A DNA stretch of 64,000 bases, taken from IMG/VR virus record IMGVR_UViG_2617271113_000004, positions 32,001 through 96,000 of that record; one strand, written 5' to 3'. The notes beneath the pieces were generated by a model, which saw only the letters and a list, made by a program, of their open reading frames with translations, was not told the origin of the DNA and did no database searches. The position numbers were made by a program, and so were the translations under genes. Below are positions 54,802-64,000 of the stretch, one piece after another. Position 1 is the stretch's first letter. Every line of letters begins with the position of its first letter. The stretch comes from a virus (Duplodnaviria > Caudoviricetes).

Positions 54802-57645
54802 TTACAAGCTTTGGCGTAATGCTACAGAAGTGTGGATTCGTCTAGTTTCAAATTCAGGAACTAATTCTAATGTTATAAATGCATTACCAAGTACTTTTTC
54901 TCTTGAGCTAGTATAGATAGAGAATTTAAAGTCTTGTAATACTCCTCTTTCTTTTAGAGTATCTAAACCAGCTTGAATTTCTGTTGCAAGAGAATTTCGC
55001 TGTGCTAATCCATTCGGAAGTCCAATAAACGGTTCTGACTTCGTTCTAATTAACTGAACAGTTGCATGTGTAATGTTTACTGTTGAAAGTCTTTCATAAT
55101 CAGAATTCGGCTGTCCTGCAGTTACACCGTCTTTTACTTTAAATTGTCTAGATCCATTAGGTGTGACTCTTTCTTCAAATGTTACAAATCTAGCACCGGC
55201 AAGTTGATTATGCTGCGCTTCTGAGAGGTTGTAACGCATTCCTTGAATAGAGATCTCTTTATTTGTGGTAGACACTTCTGGATTTAGCAATGAGTTCAAG
55301 GCTGCATAAATCACTGCTCCACTTGCTACATAACTTCCTAGTTTCTCATTTACCAAACCAACTTCAGGACCAAACACTACGTTAACGTAATGACCGATAT
55401 CAATAGGTTCATTTTCTTCATTCAAGACAACATCATGTGTTCCTTCGTTGTACATGAAGTGATTATTTATATCAGAAGCCATTAGCTGGTCTATATGGTC
55501 TTGAATCCCTAGTAAACTAGCATTTTTCACAGGAGTCATTCCAATAAAACCAATTGTTTCCCAAACTTTTGCTGTTGCAACAGCACAGTGTTGAGCTAAT
55601 TGAGTTGCAAAGTTTTTATCTGGATCTTCTACCATAATAATAGATCCGTTTGGCTCGTAAGTTTCACGGCCAATTAGAGTATCTGCATTCGCCTCTACTA
55701 AAACAATGGAATCTACAGGATAGTTTTCAAGCTTACTATATATGCCTTGAACCACTAGCTTTACTTCATCCAGAGTTCCTGGTACAATCTCATAAATTCC
55801 ACCTAAAACATCATACAATTCTTTCATGCTCTTCAAATCATCTACATTAAAGAATCCATTAGAGCCCAACCATAGATATCTTGCAGGATCATCAGGAAGT
55901 TTATTCTCATCAATGTGTAAGTCATACTCTTCAGTTACTTCATTAAACTTCTGGCCAAGGAATACTTGCCCATCTGTTGGAACTAAACCTTTAACAGAAG
56001 CACTTCCTCCTTCAGGTACACTTAACCGAACAATATTATTATTCGCATCATTGTTTACATAATTAGCAAATTCATTAATTGTACGAATACCCTTCAAGTC
56101 TCTGGTTCTATATTCAAGAACTTCATCTCTTATAGACAAACGTTTATCAGTTGGTTTTATAATATAAATGATCTTTTCATTACCTGATGGATCATTGGCT
56201 GTTACATCACTACGGATATCAATTGAAACGCCTTGCAATGAGTCTGGATCTAGAATGTCTTTAAGACCACCATATGTTTCACCTGCATACAAACCTTCAA
56301 CTACCAATTTAGGATTAACATCCGTTGATTCTGTCGTTTTATAAGAAGATTTTAATTTAATTCCTACAGGAACTGCACCAGCAGTAATGACTACTTTCGC
56401 TTTATCTGAAGGAGATTCTGGGTAAACCATTGAAAAATCCCCATTAGGGTTTTCAGTAGATTTTGGAGTTAATTCGTATTGGTTGTCTCCAATCTCATAA
56501 AATACTTTAAAATCCTCTTGTTTAGGCAAATAATTTAAAACATAAGTTTTATCTTCACCTGGTACTGTATGTTCATTTGTTGCAGTTATTGCTGCCTCAT
56601 CATAGTAGAAATAATCTGCTGATACTTCAGCTGAAGAGTTAAGAGGATCATAAGTACCATTTTCTACTTCTGTTTGATAAGCGTCAGTAAACCGAATACC
56701 ACCCTGTTCATATTCTAGAGAAGTGTACTCATCCTTTAATGGATCAACTATGGAGTCATCTTCCCTACCTGGTCTCCACAACCATTCACCTTTAGAATTC
56801 AACTGAGGAACACCTACTCCATTAACATACACATTAATTGTATGTCCTGCTGCTACATCATCTGAAAAGAATCGATGTTGACTTGAGAAGTAATTCGTTT
56901 TTGTAGGATCTTGAGTCAATGAACCACTTGGATCTGAACGTAATACTTCATAATAGGTTCTCTTATTAAAATTGAACGCAACTTCTATTTTATGTCCAGG
57001 TCGAAATACATTTGGTTTAAAAAATATAGTTTCTTCACCGATTGTGTCATCAACATTTAAGACTGTATTTCCAATAGCAGTTGCTCCAGTGTATTCTTTA
57101 ACAAGTGTTCCATCTTGCTTTTTCTCTCTAATATAAGAAACTGGAGTACTGGATAATCTTCCAGCATCCTCTACTTCAATTGCTTTTGAAAAGGCAATAT
57201 TACCTGCACTAACGCCAAGTACTTGTTCTAATGCTCGCTCAATATCTTGCACGGATAATTCAGTTTTTGCTCGGCTGCCACTAATTCGCATTAAACGAAC
57301 ATCCTCATTACCTGCTGCTAGAGCTTCATACATTGAACGAATTAAGTTTCCTTGATGAGGAACCTTTACAGTTTTAGTGATTTTCTCACCAGTGTTAGGA
57401 TTTAAATCGCCAGTTTCAATTTCTTCTTTCTTTTGCATCCCACCAAATAATCTTTCAGCGGCTTTCGGACCACCAATAGCTTGCACAGATACAGGCTCAC
57501 CAACTGGCCCATCAATAGCAGTACCTAAAATCAGCAATGATTTAGTACTTGCATTAATATTTTGCTGACCAGAGTATAAGTTTCCGTTTTCATATTCAAC
57601 TTTAACTCCAGGCAAATTTTCATACTTGTCAAATTGGCTTGGCAT
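54802..57645 (-). CDS. Contractile tail sheath protein with large inserted domains
   Basis: LPGVKVE..ILGTAIDGPVGEPV N-terminus; C-terminal sheath region YERLSTVNI..FIGLPN..GVLQDF..ITLELVPEFE. Confidence 0.85.
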   Translation of the reverse strand: MPSQFDKYENLPGVKVEYENGNLYSGQQNINASTKSLLILGTAIDGPVGEPVSVQAIGGPKAAERLFGGMQKKEEIETGDLNPNTGEKITKTVKVPHQGNLIRSMYEALAAGNEDVRLMRISGSRAKTELSVQDIERALEQVLGVSAGNIAFSKAIEVEDAGRLSSTPVSYIREKKQDGTLVKEYTGATAIGNTVLNVDDTIGEETIFFKPNVFRPGHKIEVAFNFNKRTYYEVLRSDPSGSLTQDPTKTNYFSSQHRFFSDDVAAGHTINVYVNGVGVPQLNSKGEWLWRPGREDDSIVDPLKDEYTSLEYEQGGIRFTDAYQTEVENGTYDPLNSSAEVSADYFYYDEAAITATNEHTVPGEDKTYVLNYLPKQEDFKVFYEIGDNQYELTPKSTENPNGDFSMVYPESPSDKAKVVITAGAVPVGIKLKSSYKTTESTDVNPKLVVEGLYAGETYGGLKDILDPDSLQGVSIDIRSDVTANDPSGNEKIIYIIKPTDKRLSIRDEVLEYRTRDLKGIRTINEFANYVNNDANNNIVRLSVPEGGSASVKGLVPTDGQVFLGQKFNEVTEEYDLHIDENKLPDDPARYLWLGSNGFFNVDDLKSMKELYDVLGGIYEIVPGTLDEVKLVVQGIYSKLENYPVDSIVLVEANADTLIGRETYEPNGSIIMVEDPDKNFATQLAQHCAVATAKVWETIGFIGMTPVKNASLLGIQDHIDQLMASDINNHFMYNEGTHDVVLNEENEPIDIGHYVNVVFGPEVGLVNEKLGSYVASGAVIYAALNSLLNPEVSTTNKEISIQGMRYNLSEAQHNQLAGARFVTFEERVTPNGSRQFKVKDGVTAGQPNSDYERLSTVNITHATVQLIRTKSEPFIGLPNGLAQRNSLATEIQAGLDTLKERGVLQDFKFSIYTSSREKVLGNAFITLELVPEFETRRIHTSVALRQSL

Positions 57646-58262
57646 TAGGATTCCTCCTCATTATTTTCATTGTTATATATACCAGCTTGAATAGCTAGTT
57701 GTTCAATTTGATTTAGGAAATGATAAGTAATATTCTCGAAATGCATTTCATAAATTAATGGTCGTTTAGCATAAGAAGCATTAAATTCTGTATAATTCTC
57801 ATCTTCTTCTTGTTTAAAAAAGAATATTTGCTGAATTCCTTTCTTCTTAAAGAAACTACTATATTGAAGAATAAAGGATTCAAATTCTTCCATTATACGA
57901 TCTGCTTCTTCATCACTCTTAGAGTAAATATCAAAACCTACCATCACTCTCTGTACTTGTCCCTTAGTTTCTATAAATTCATTAGAGCGTAAATCATGTC
58001 TAGTCAATGACCTGTGCCTTGGTCCAAACTTTTCTTTAAATTCTTCGAGAGGCATTCTCTCTTTAGTTCTATAAGTAATAATACTTCGACTGTTCTCTGC
58101 GTCATCTTTCACAAAGTTGCGCTTAATTACGCTGTCCTTGCCAGCAGCTTCCCAAAGCTTTTTTAACACATCAATAAATCCAAGAAAGTTAATGCCACTT
58201 TCTGATCTTAATCGATCCGATTCATAAGGATCTGACTTATTGCTAAAACTAGAATATTCCAA
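57645..58262 (-). CDS. Tail completion/terminator-like protein
   Basis: 205 aa just before the sheath; VGFDIYSKSDEEADRIMEEFE resembles tail-terminator folds. Confidence 0.5.
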   Translation of the reverse strand: MEYSSFSNKSDPYESDRLRSESGINFLGFIDVLKKLWEAAGKDSVIKRNFVKDDAENSRSIITYRTKERMPLEEFKEKFGPRHRSLTRHDLRSNEFIETKGQVQRVMVGFDIYSKSDEEADRIMEEFESFILQYSSFFKKKGIQQIFFFKQEEDENYTEFNASYAKRPLIYEMHFENITYHFLNQIEQLAIQAGIYNNENNEEES

Positions 58263-58270
58263 AATACCAC

Positions 58271-59299
58271 CTACCTCATAACTCTTATTTGTGAGTGTGC
58301 AGTAATTCGATTTACAGAAAAAATCGGTACGACATCCAAATTGATATAAATTCTTCCCTCAAATCCATTTTCCATGATGGCATACTCACCGTTCTTAAGC
58401 CTTCCAAGAGTTATATATTCTTCAATCTTAGCCTCAATTATTTCTTGTATCTTTCTAATTTGGGATTCAGATTGTATGTTTCCAATAAAATATTGAAAGG
58501 TATTACTTAACTCCTGTATTAAATATTGAACGATCCTAAAATTTGATATATGCTTATGAACACTTCCAGAAGTACTAACAGCACATGTTGCATTGGAGCA
58601 AATGATACCGTTCTTTATACTTTCTCGAAATGTAACTACACCAATATTCTGAAATAAAATCAACTCTTCCTTATTCCAAACTTTTTCTAGTTTAATATTT
58701 AAGGTTTTATTCACCGGGCTTACACCTGGTTCAATTGACACAATCAAAGCTGCGTAAATTACTGCTGACGAATGATTTAAAGCCTGATCAGAAACTAACG
58801 AAATATATTTCCCCATTTCATGTATGTCAGTTATATCCTCGAAAGTAAGGTGTTGGATTACTTCTCTCAAAAATTGAATATCTTCGGCAGTGTCTATATC
58901 TAAGAATCCATGGATTAAATCACCCTGCAATTCTTTATCAGTCGCAAATTCGATAAAGGCGTCAATTTCCGATTGATCTTTATAATTAAATTCGTCTAGA
59001 TAAATAAGATCAAAGGAATACGACTGCAAACATCTATAAACTGTTGAATAATCATTATCACGCATTCTCACAAAGATAACTGCAATAGAATCATCTACTT
59101 TCATTGCATCTTTATATCGCTCTATTAAAGGACCAGAACGGAATATACTCTCGGCTAATTTTAAATTATATATCAAGGTAGGTTCATATAATGGTCCTTC
59201 ATATGATTCTGCAGCTATAATTAATCGTTTACCAACATCTATCCCATGATAATTATCAATTAATGGTAATCGATTATACTCAATTGTAGGAGATAGCAT
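58271..59299 (-). CDS. Minimal tail-sheath paralog
   Basis: EGPLYEP, AVIYAAL, SPVNKTL, HISNFRIV, FIGN, INLDVVPIF align in order with the 947-aa sheath; start likely the ATG at 59299. Confidence 0.65.
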   Translation of the reverse strand: MLSPTIEYNRLPLIDNYHGIDVGKRLIIAAESYEGPLYEPTLIYNLKLAESIFRSGPLIERYKDAMKVDDSIAVIFVRMRDNDYSTVYRCLQSYSFDLIYLDEFNYKDQSEIDAFIEFATDKELQGDLIHGFLDIDTAEDIQFLREVIQHLTFEDITDIHEMGKYISLVSDQALNHSSAVIYAALIVSIEPGVSPVNKTLNIKLEKVWNKEELILFQNIGVVTFRESIKNGIICSNATCAVSTSGSVHKHISNFRIVQYLIQELSNTFQYFIGNIQSESQIRKIQEIIEAKIEEYITLGRLKNGEYAIMENGFEGRIYINLDVVPIFSVNRITAHSQIRVMR

Positions 59300-59762
59300 T
59301 TTGATCACTCTCTCTAACAGGTTCAAAATATGAATATATTTGATAGAACTCTGTTCTTCCTTTGTTTCCTCTTTGCGGGTCCGCTATGCTAATTACGTTT
59401 TTCTCTAGTATGGATAAAGGTACACCATTTTTCCATTCAGCTTCTATTAGGAGATCGCCTTCTTTTGGATTGATATCATGTTCTAAATAATAAACATAAG
59501 CTTTTGCAGATAGGTTGCCAATCTCAAAATTCTTTCTAGCTCTTACCAGAGATTCCGGAACCGATGATATTGTCCGCCTTGTTCTAACTTTTTCAATGTT
59601 TGTTACAAACCCCGTTCCAAAGCAATTCGGACAATCAGTTCTGGATTGCCCTCCACTTCGTTCAGAGTAACATTCGCAGCGAAATCGTTTGTCTCTGCGA
59701 ATATAGATAGCATCATATCCATATTTATCTAATACATTCCTTAAATCTTTACGAATATCCAT
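59280..59762 (-). CDS. Head-closure/neck-like protein with a Cys cluster
   Basis: CEC...CPNCFGTG; PKEGDLLIE; position in the neck region. Confidence 0.5.
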   Translation of the reverse strand: MDIRKDLRNVLDKYGYDAIYIRRDKRFRCECYSERSGGQSRTDCPNCFGTGFVTNIEKVRTRRTISSVPESLVRARKNFEIGNLSAKAYVYYLEHDINPKEGDLLIEAEWKNGVPLSILEKNVISIADPQRGNKGRTEFYQIYSYFEPVRESDQNAISYN

Positions 59763-60898
59763 TAGATGTCCCTACTTTCAGGAGCTTGTACGCCTCCTCT
59801 GCTAGTTGCAGAAATAGGGTTACTATAGCCTCTTGCATTACGACCCATCAAAGCATCTTTCCAGAATTTTAATTCTTGCTCATTCTCTTTTATTAATCGT
59901 TGTAACACAATTACTTCTGGAGGTTCATCACTACCACTTGAAGAGCCAGTTGATTCTGTGCTTTTCTTCGTTACCTCAAAATCACCTAATACAAAACTGT
60001 CATTAGAACCCTCGACTGAGGTAATAGTTGTACTATCATCATCTTCTTCTCTTGTATAAATCATTTTAATAATCAATTGATTTAGAAGTTGATTTGCAGC
60101 CTGGTAAACTGAATATTTAGAAGCAGGAAAAAAAGTGTTATCTCTTTCAGTTAATAGTTGAAAACCTGTAAGATTTGCACTGGCTGTCATACGTAAGAGT
60201 TGATGAACTTTCTGTCCAGCATTGCGTAATGCTATATAAATGTCTTCCATTTTGAAGTAAAAAAATATATCTTTTAATATCGATTTTACTTCTAATGGAC
60301 TTGCATATAATGGTGAATAAGAGGAGCTAAAATTTAAAGCGTAATTACCTCCTAGCTTTTCGCCAGTATTTACCGATTGAATTTGATTTGTAACATAAAT
60401 GATATATGTGTGATTTGGTTTTAATCCCTCGTCTAAAGTTATGTGTACTTTATTTTCTTCTACCTTTAATGTTGTTGATATTTGGAAATCGAAAGGCAAT
60501 ACATATTTTGTGTTTTTAGCATATGGCTCCGTTTGATCCGTTTCAGAACTTTCCATATTAGCACTAGATTCAAATGTATTTACAATAATATTGTTTTTAA
60601 CTGAAAACATTTCTGTTTCTTCATAAGAATTTCCATTTACCAATACTTTATAAATAATGAAATACACATCTTCTGAAAGGCCATTCAACTTATACTCATA
60701 TTGATACGAATATCCATTATTCAATGTATTAAGTGTAACACTATCAACTACTACTGCGCTATCTCCGATTCCACGCTGTATGATAGCTGTAACTGGTTGA
60801 TCTACACTCAGCACATTATCTCCTGTATCTTTTGTTACTATTTCTAATAATATTGTGGAATTGCTCGCTATTTCACCAATATTCTTCAACACCATCAC
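59762..60898 (-). CDS. Neck/head-tail adaptor-like protein with Ig-like domains
   Basis: 378 aa; LKPNHTYIIYV Ig-like motif; PLYASPLEV..SFVLGDFEV adaptor-like pattern. Confidence 0.45.
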   Translation of the reverse strand: MMVLKNIGEIASNSTILLEIVTKDTGDNVLSVDQPVTAIIQRGIGDSAVVVDSVTLNTLNNGYSYQYEYKLNGLSEDVYFIIYKVLVNGNSYEETEMFSVKNNIIVNTFESSANMESSETDQTEPYAKNTKYVLPFDFQISTTLKVEENKVHITLDEGLKPNHTYIIYVTNQIQSVNTGEKLGGNYALNFSSSYSPLYASPLEVKSILKDIFFYFKMEDIYIALRNAGQKVHQLLRMTASANLTGFQLLTERDNTFFPASKYSVYQAANQLLNQLIIKMIYTREEDDDSTTITSVEGSNDSFVLGDFEVTKKSTESTGSSSGSDEPPEVIVLQRLIKENEQELKFWKDALMGRNARGYSNPISATSRGGVQAPESRDI

Positions 60899-60918
60899 CT
60901 ACCTTAAATTCATTCCAT

Positions 60919-61821
60919 TTAATTTTTTTCTTCGATGACATAAATACTTTTTGAAGAAACTGTATTTGGGTCGATTGACTGATTAAATTCAACTATAATA
61001 TCTTCTATTTCTTGAATGTTCCTTGAGTCATTCGCTGGTGTACTGTTTATTATTTCAAGATTATCGATTGAAGCATTTTTAGTTTCGAATGCAAAATGTT
61101 GTTGAAGTGCTTCTATAGCGGAAGATTTACTTACCAATTTACTTTTCGTGCTTAATTTAACACCTTGATTATCTTTAGTTATCTTTTCTGTTACTTGTTT
61201 TTGACCATTATAATAGTATCGTATAGTAGGGCTATAATGACTTTTTCTACCATCTGCATCTACTGATCTAATACGTGCATAGTATCTTCCTTTATTATAA
61301 TTTATATGAGGAGTAACACTCGTTTCATATATTGGAGTAGTAGAATTTGGCCAAATTAAGTTTTGAAAGTTGGTTGTATTAGATATTTCTAATTCATAAT
61401 AAGCAGCATCTATTGAAGGTTTCCAATTAAAAGTTATATCATCACTGATTTCTACTAAATCACTTGGTGCCGTTAATATCGGTGGATTAATCTTTTCAGT
61501 CTGATTAGTATAAAATTCACAAATATACGTTTCTGCTAACTTAATTCCAGTAATATCCTCAATTCCATTGGTACCACCTAATAATTGAACTTGATAATGG
61601 GAATTTGGTTTCATATTTTGTAATGGTTTGATGGTTAAACGTTTGTTATTATATTTAAATTCAATACCTTCACTAACCTCTTCTGTGGAATTAAAAAGAA
61701 TAATCTTTTCAGATGTTAGTCTCTTTTTGTTTATATCTAAAAAGAAGAAGATATCAATCTGTTGATCCAATGAAACATTATCGGATAAATGATATGGAAA
61801 CGTCCTACTAACAAAATTCAT
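60919..61821 (-). CDS. Ig-like (Big_5-type) and FN3-like domain virion protein
   Basis: LTIKPLQNMKPNSHYQV, FNWKP..YYELEIS..YYARIRSVD, STPANDSRN..IVEFNQSIDP; GGAGGAGG RBS favours the ATG at 61821. Confidence 0.7.
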   Translation of the reverse strand: MNFVSRTFPYHLSDNVSLDQQIDIFFFLDINKKRLTSEKIILFNSTEEVSEGIEFKYNNKRLTIKPLQNMKPNSHYQVQLLGGTNGIEDITGIKLAETYICEFYTNQTEKINPPILTAPSDLVEISDDITFNWKPSIDAAYYELEISNTTNFQNLIWPNSTTPIYETSVTPHINYNKGRYYARIRSVDADGRKSHYSPTIRYYYNGQKQVTEKITKDNQGVKLSTKSKLVSKSSAIEALQQHFAFETKNASIDNLEIINSTPANDSRNIQEIEDIIVEFNQSIDPNTVSSKSIYVIEEKN

Positions 61822-61841
61822 TTTTCCACCTCCTCCTTTGC

Positions 61842-62147
61842 TCAATAATGCTTATAATTAGCACTTATAACAGATTTTTCTTGTGGAATTTGCTCAGACG
61901 AAAATATAATGTTTTTGTTAGAGATGTTAAGCGTATAGTCTATATTTTTACGCATGAACATGCCATCTTTAAATATCTGTAAGCTTTCAGGTAATGGTTG
62001 ATGTAGCAGTGTGAAGACTTTATTAGTTCCATTTAATTCTCCTGCTGGTGTTTCATCGTAAGAAAACTTAGCACCAGAGAAGTCAGGCATTACACCTAAC
62101 TTCTTTCTAAATGCAGGATAACCAGGATAAGATCGAACGATGGCCAT
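61842..62147 (-). CDS. Small beta-rich virion protein
   Basis: ETPAGELNGTNKVFTL..LQIFKDG..DYTL pattern, similar to modules in other structural ORFs here; GGGGAG RBS. Confidence 0.55.
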   Translation of the reverse strand: MAIVRSYPGYPAFRKKLGVMPDFSGAKFSYDETPAGELNGTNKVFTLLHQPLPESLQIFKDGMFMRKNIDYTLNISNKNIIFSSEQIPQEKSVISANYKHY

Positions 62148-62161
62148 ATAGTACTCCCCCT

Positions 62162-62671
62162 TTATTTGAACAGAACAGCAAAATCATAAACTTCTGGCCG
62201 AGTAGTTCCTGAATATCGACAATCTACTTGTAGCTGAAAATATTTTGTTAAAGGCATATAAACTGGTGCATCTACATCTATTTTTATCCAACTATTTGTA
62301 GGACTTGTTCTATAATAAAAATCAACATAACTATTGCTATCAGGATTATTTTCATATTCAGACAAGATATAAAATTCTTCTGTAGCAACTGGAAGCTCCA
62401 TAAAATTCGTTATCCATTGATCTTGATTGATTGAAAATCTTAATGAGTTTAATTCTGCTGTACTCGAAGAATCTCTATGGTTATTGTTAATGAAAGGTTC
62501 TGCAAAATAATAATTGTAGGGAGATACAAGCATAAGCATGTCGTATCTCTCTTTAGTTGTTTTTGTTTTTACAAACTCAGCAATGTTTCGTTGCATATTA
62601 TTTAAATGAAAATCATGAAGTATTTGCCCATCTAAAAAAGTAATGCGTTCCATATGTTTTGGTACATCCAT
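62162..62671 (-). CDS. Hypothetical structural protein
   Basis: 169 aa in operon, RBS present; FLDGQILHDFHLNNMQ is a phage structural-type N-terminus. Confidence 0.5.
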   Translation of the reverse strand: MDVPKHMERITFLDGQILHDFHLNNMQRNIAEFVKTKTTKERYDMLMLVSPYNYYFAEPFINNNHRDSSSTAELNSLRFSINQDQWITNFMELPVATEEFYILSEYENNPDSNSYVDFYYRTSPTNSWIKIDVDAPVYMPLTKYFQLQVDCRYSGTTRPEVYDFAVLFK

Positions 62672-62686
62672 AATAGTAACCCCCTT

Positions 62687-64000
62687 TTAGAATGTGACCG
62701 ACCAAGTAATTCGCATACCAGTATTTGCATCTTTTGTAACAGGACCTATACCTGATATGTTAAACATTTTACTAGTTGAAGCCTCTTTCTCATCAAACAT
62801 GGCTACTTGGTATATTTCATGAGCTTCTTTGTTAAAGAAGTAAGTGATTACAACATTATCGCCACTTACAACACTATCTACATCGACTCTTTTTCCGTCT
62901 GCTTGTACATTAAATATTTCAGCATTTCCGTTTCTAGTTACTGAACTAACCTCAAATGATCCTTCTTTCGTTTTTGAAATAGCATTACTCAAAATAAAAG
63001 TTGATTCACCAGAAGATGTGAACGTTTCTGTTTTTTCTGTTCTTACAGCTCCTGGAACTCCTTTTGGAAAGTCAGCTATAAATTTTACTACGGTACCAGA
63101 ATTTACTTTATACTCAATTGTTAATTGCCCTGGCGTATGCACTGGGACACCATTACTTGGGTTTGAACTAAATTGCATAATTCCTGCATTTGCGTTCATC
63201 ATCCAAACATCACCAGATCCAATTCTCATACCACGATCTTGGATATTATAGGATACCACTTCATTTGTATTAGCATCTTCATGAACAACTCGAACTAACT
63301 CAACAATCGGAGCTGTACTCAACTGATAATTAAGATGCAAGTTATTATCTTGAACTTTTACTTCAACCTGATATTCATTACCATCCATAGGAATTTCAGT
63401 AAATTCAACTGTTGCAGCATTGGCATCTTTGATTGCAATATCATCCCCTACAACAAGGTCTTGATCTACTTCTTCACCTTCACCAGCTAATTTTTTTGCT
63501 GATATGATTTCTAAGAGTTTCTTTCCATTAACATCCAATGGATACACAACATCAATATTTGTGTCTCCATCCTTATCTCCAGATACAAAATTAGCAGTAA
63601 TATTCTTAGTGGCCATTGGTATTGTAGGCAATACCTCCAATTCTGGCTTACCTTCTTCAATAACAGAAGGATATAATACAGGCATTCTTGCATTTTCAAA
63701 CTCATTATCCATTCTAATTAAGGCCTTGTCCATTTGAGAGAATGAAACTGGCTGGTGCTCAGGATGGCTCTCCGGTTTACCGCCTAGCCCCATAAATCCA
63801 AGACCATACTGCTTCAAGTAGCTATAAGAAACCTCTACATTGGATTTAGATGTTTGAAAGCTAATTTCTCCAGTTGAATAGTTTATTGCATATTGTTTAT
63901 TAGTATCGTTAGGTACATTTGCTCTAGTCCATTTTTCTCCATTTATAGAGACACTTTCTGTTCCTTCAATTAATTTACTCTGTTTACCCTGGAGTCCTTG
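62687..64000 (-). CDS. Beta-rich structural protein, 5'-truncated by the window edge
   Basis: The frame of the 376-aa ORF stays open for 61 more codons to base 64000 (QGLQGKQSKLIEGTESVSING...), so the TTG at 63817 is not the true start. Confidence 0.65.
   Translation of the reverse strand, partial: QGLQGKQSKLIEGTESVSINGEKWTRANVPNDTNKQYAINYSTGEISFQTSKSNVEVSYSYLKQYGLGFMGLGGKPESHPEHQPVSFSQMDKALIRMDNEFENARMPVLYPSVIEEGKPELEVLPTIPMATKNITANFVSGDKDGDTNIDVVYPLDVNGKKLLEIISAKKLAGEGEEVDQDLVVGDDIAIKDANAATVEFTEIPMDGNEYQVEVKVQDNNLHLNYQLSTAPIVELVRVVHEDANTNEVVSYNIQDRGMRIGSGDVWMMNANAGIMQFSSNPSNGVPVHTPGQLTIEYKVNSGTVVKFIADFPKGVPGAVRTEKTETFTSSGESTFILSNAISKTKEGSFEVSSVTRNGNAEIFNVQADGKRVDVDSVVSGDNVVITYFFNKEAHEIYQVAMFDEKEASTSKMFNISGIGPVTKDANTGMRITWSVTF

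Larger units (their letters stand above)
1..64000 (-). mobile_element. Tail/baseplate morphogenesis region of a large myovirus-like phage, prophage or phage-plasmid
   Basis: Co-oriented neck-sheath-tube-chaperone-tape slot-hub-spike-wedge-fibre order; no host housekeeping genes. Confidence 0.85.

Noticed and set aside
59600-59690. DnaJ-type zinc finger chaperone
   Set aside because: Only one CxxCxGxG plus a CxC, no J-domain; the context is phage neck genes
1366-63737. Numerous 60-170 aa ORFs on the plus strand or in alternate minus frames (e.g. 7762-8118, 17498-17998, 33410-33844, 62844-63251)
   Set aside because: They lie wholly within long minus-strand genes, lack RBSs and have shadow-frame composition; only 23813-24070 is in free space
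1-64000. CRISPR arrays, tRNA/rRNA genes, IS elements, integrase or att sites, introns/inteins
   Set aside because: No regularly spaced repeats, RNA-gene-like GC-rich stretches, transposase or intein motifs noticed; intergenic space is minimal. This was a visual check only

Overview
AT-rich, low-GC Firmicute-like (probably Bacillaceae) DNA. Almost the whole window is one minus-strand structural module for a large contractile-tailed (myovirus-like) particle, and it runs off both edges. In transcription order (right to left): Ig/neck-type proteins; a mini sheath paralog, a tail-completion-like protein and a 947-aa tail sheath; three tail-tube-like paralogs and two paralogous tail chaperones; two giant proteins in the tape-measure slot; a 2099-aa baseplate hub with cell-wall hydrolase domains; spike, wedge and baseplate-J genes; three discoidin-bearing fibre paralogs; a small inserted cassette (subtilase plus a secreted helical protein); and about 21 kb of very large adhesin-like proteins (TSP-C-like, PA14, Ig, vWA). 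The main finding is the 2259-aa protein at 38383-45162. It carries, in the correct order, motifs of both the beta and beta-prime subunits of two-barrel RNA polymerases, including RYPTFH and the catalytic ADSDGD, plus an N-terminal DEDDh exonuclease and a C-terminal hydrophobic helix. It is therefore a candidate single-chain, virion-delivered RNA polymerase encoded inside the tail module. A 14-bp palindrome (TGWAADGCATTACA) recurs in four intergenic spacers. No capsid, portal, terminase, lysis, integrase, RNA or CRISPR features are visible. All calls come from reading motifs by eye; no database search was run.
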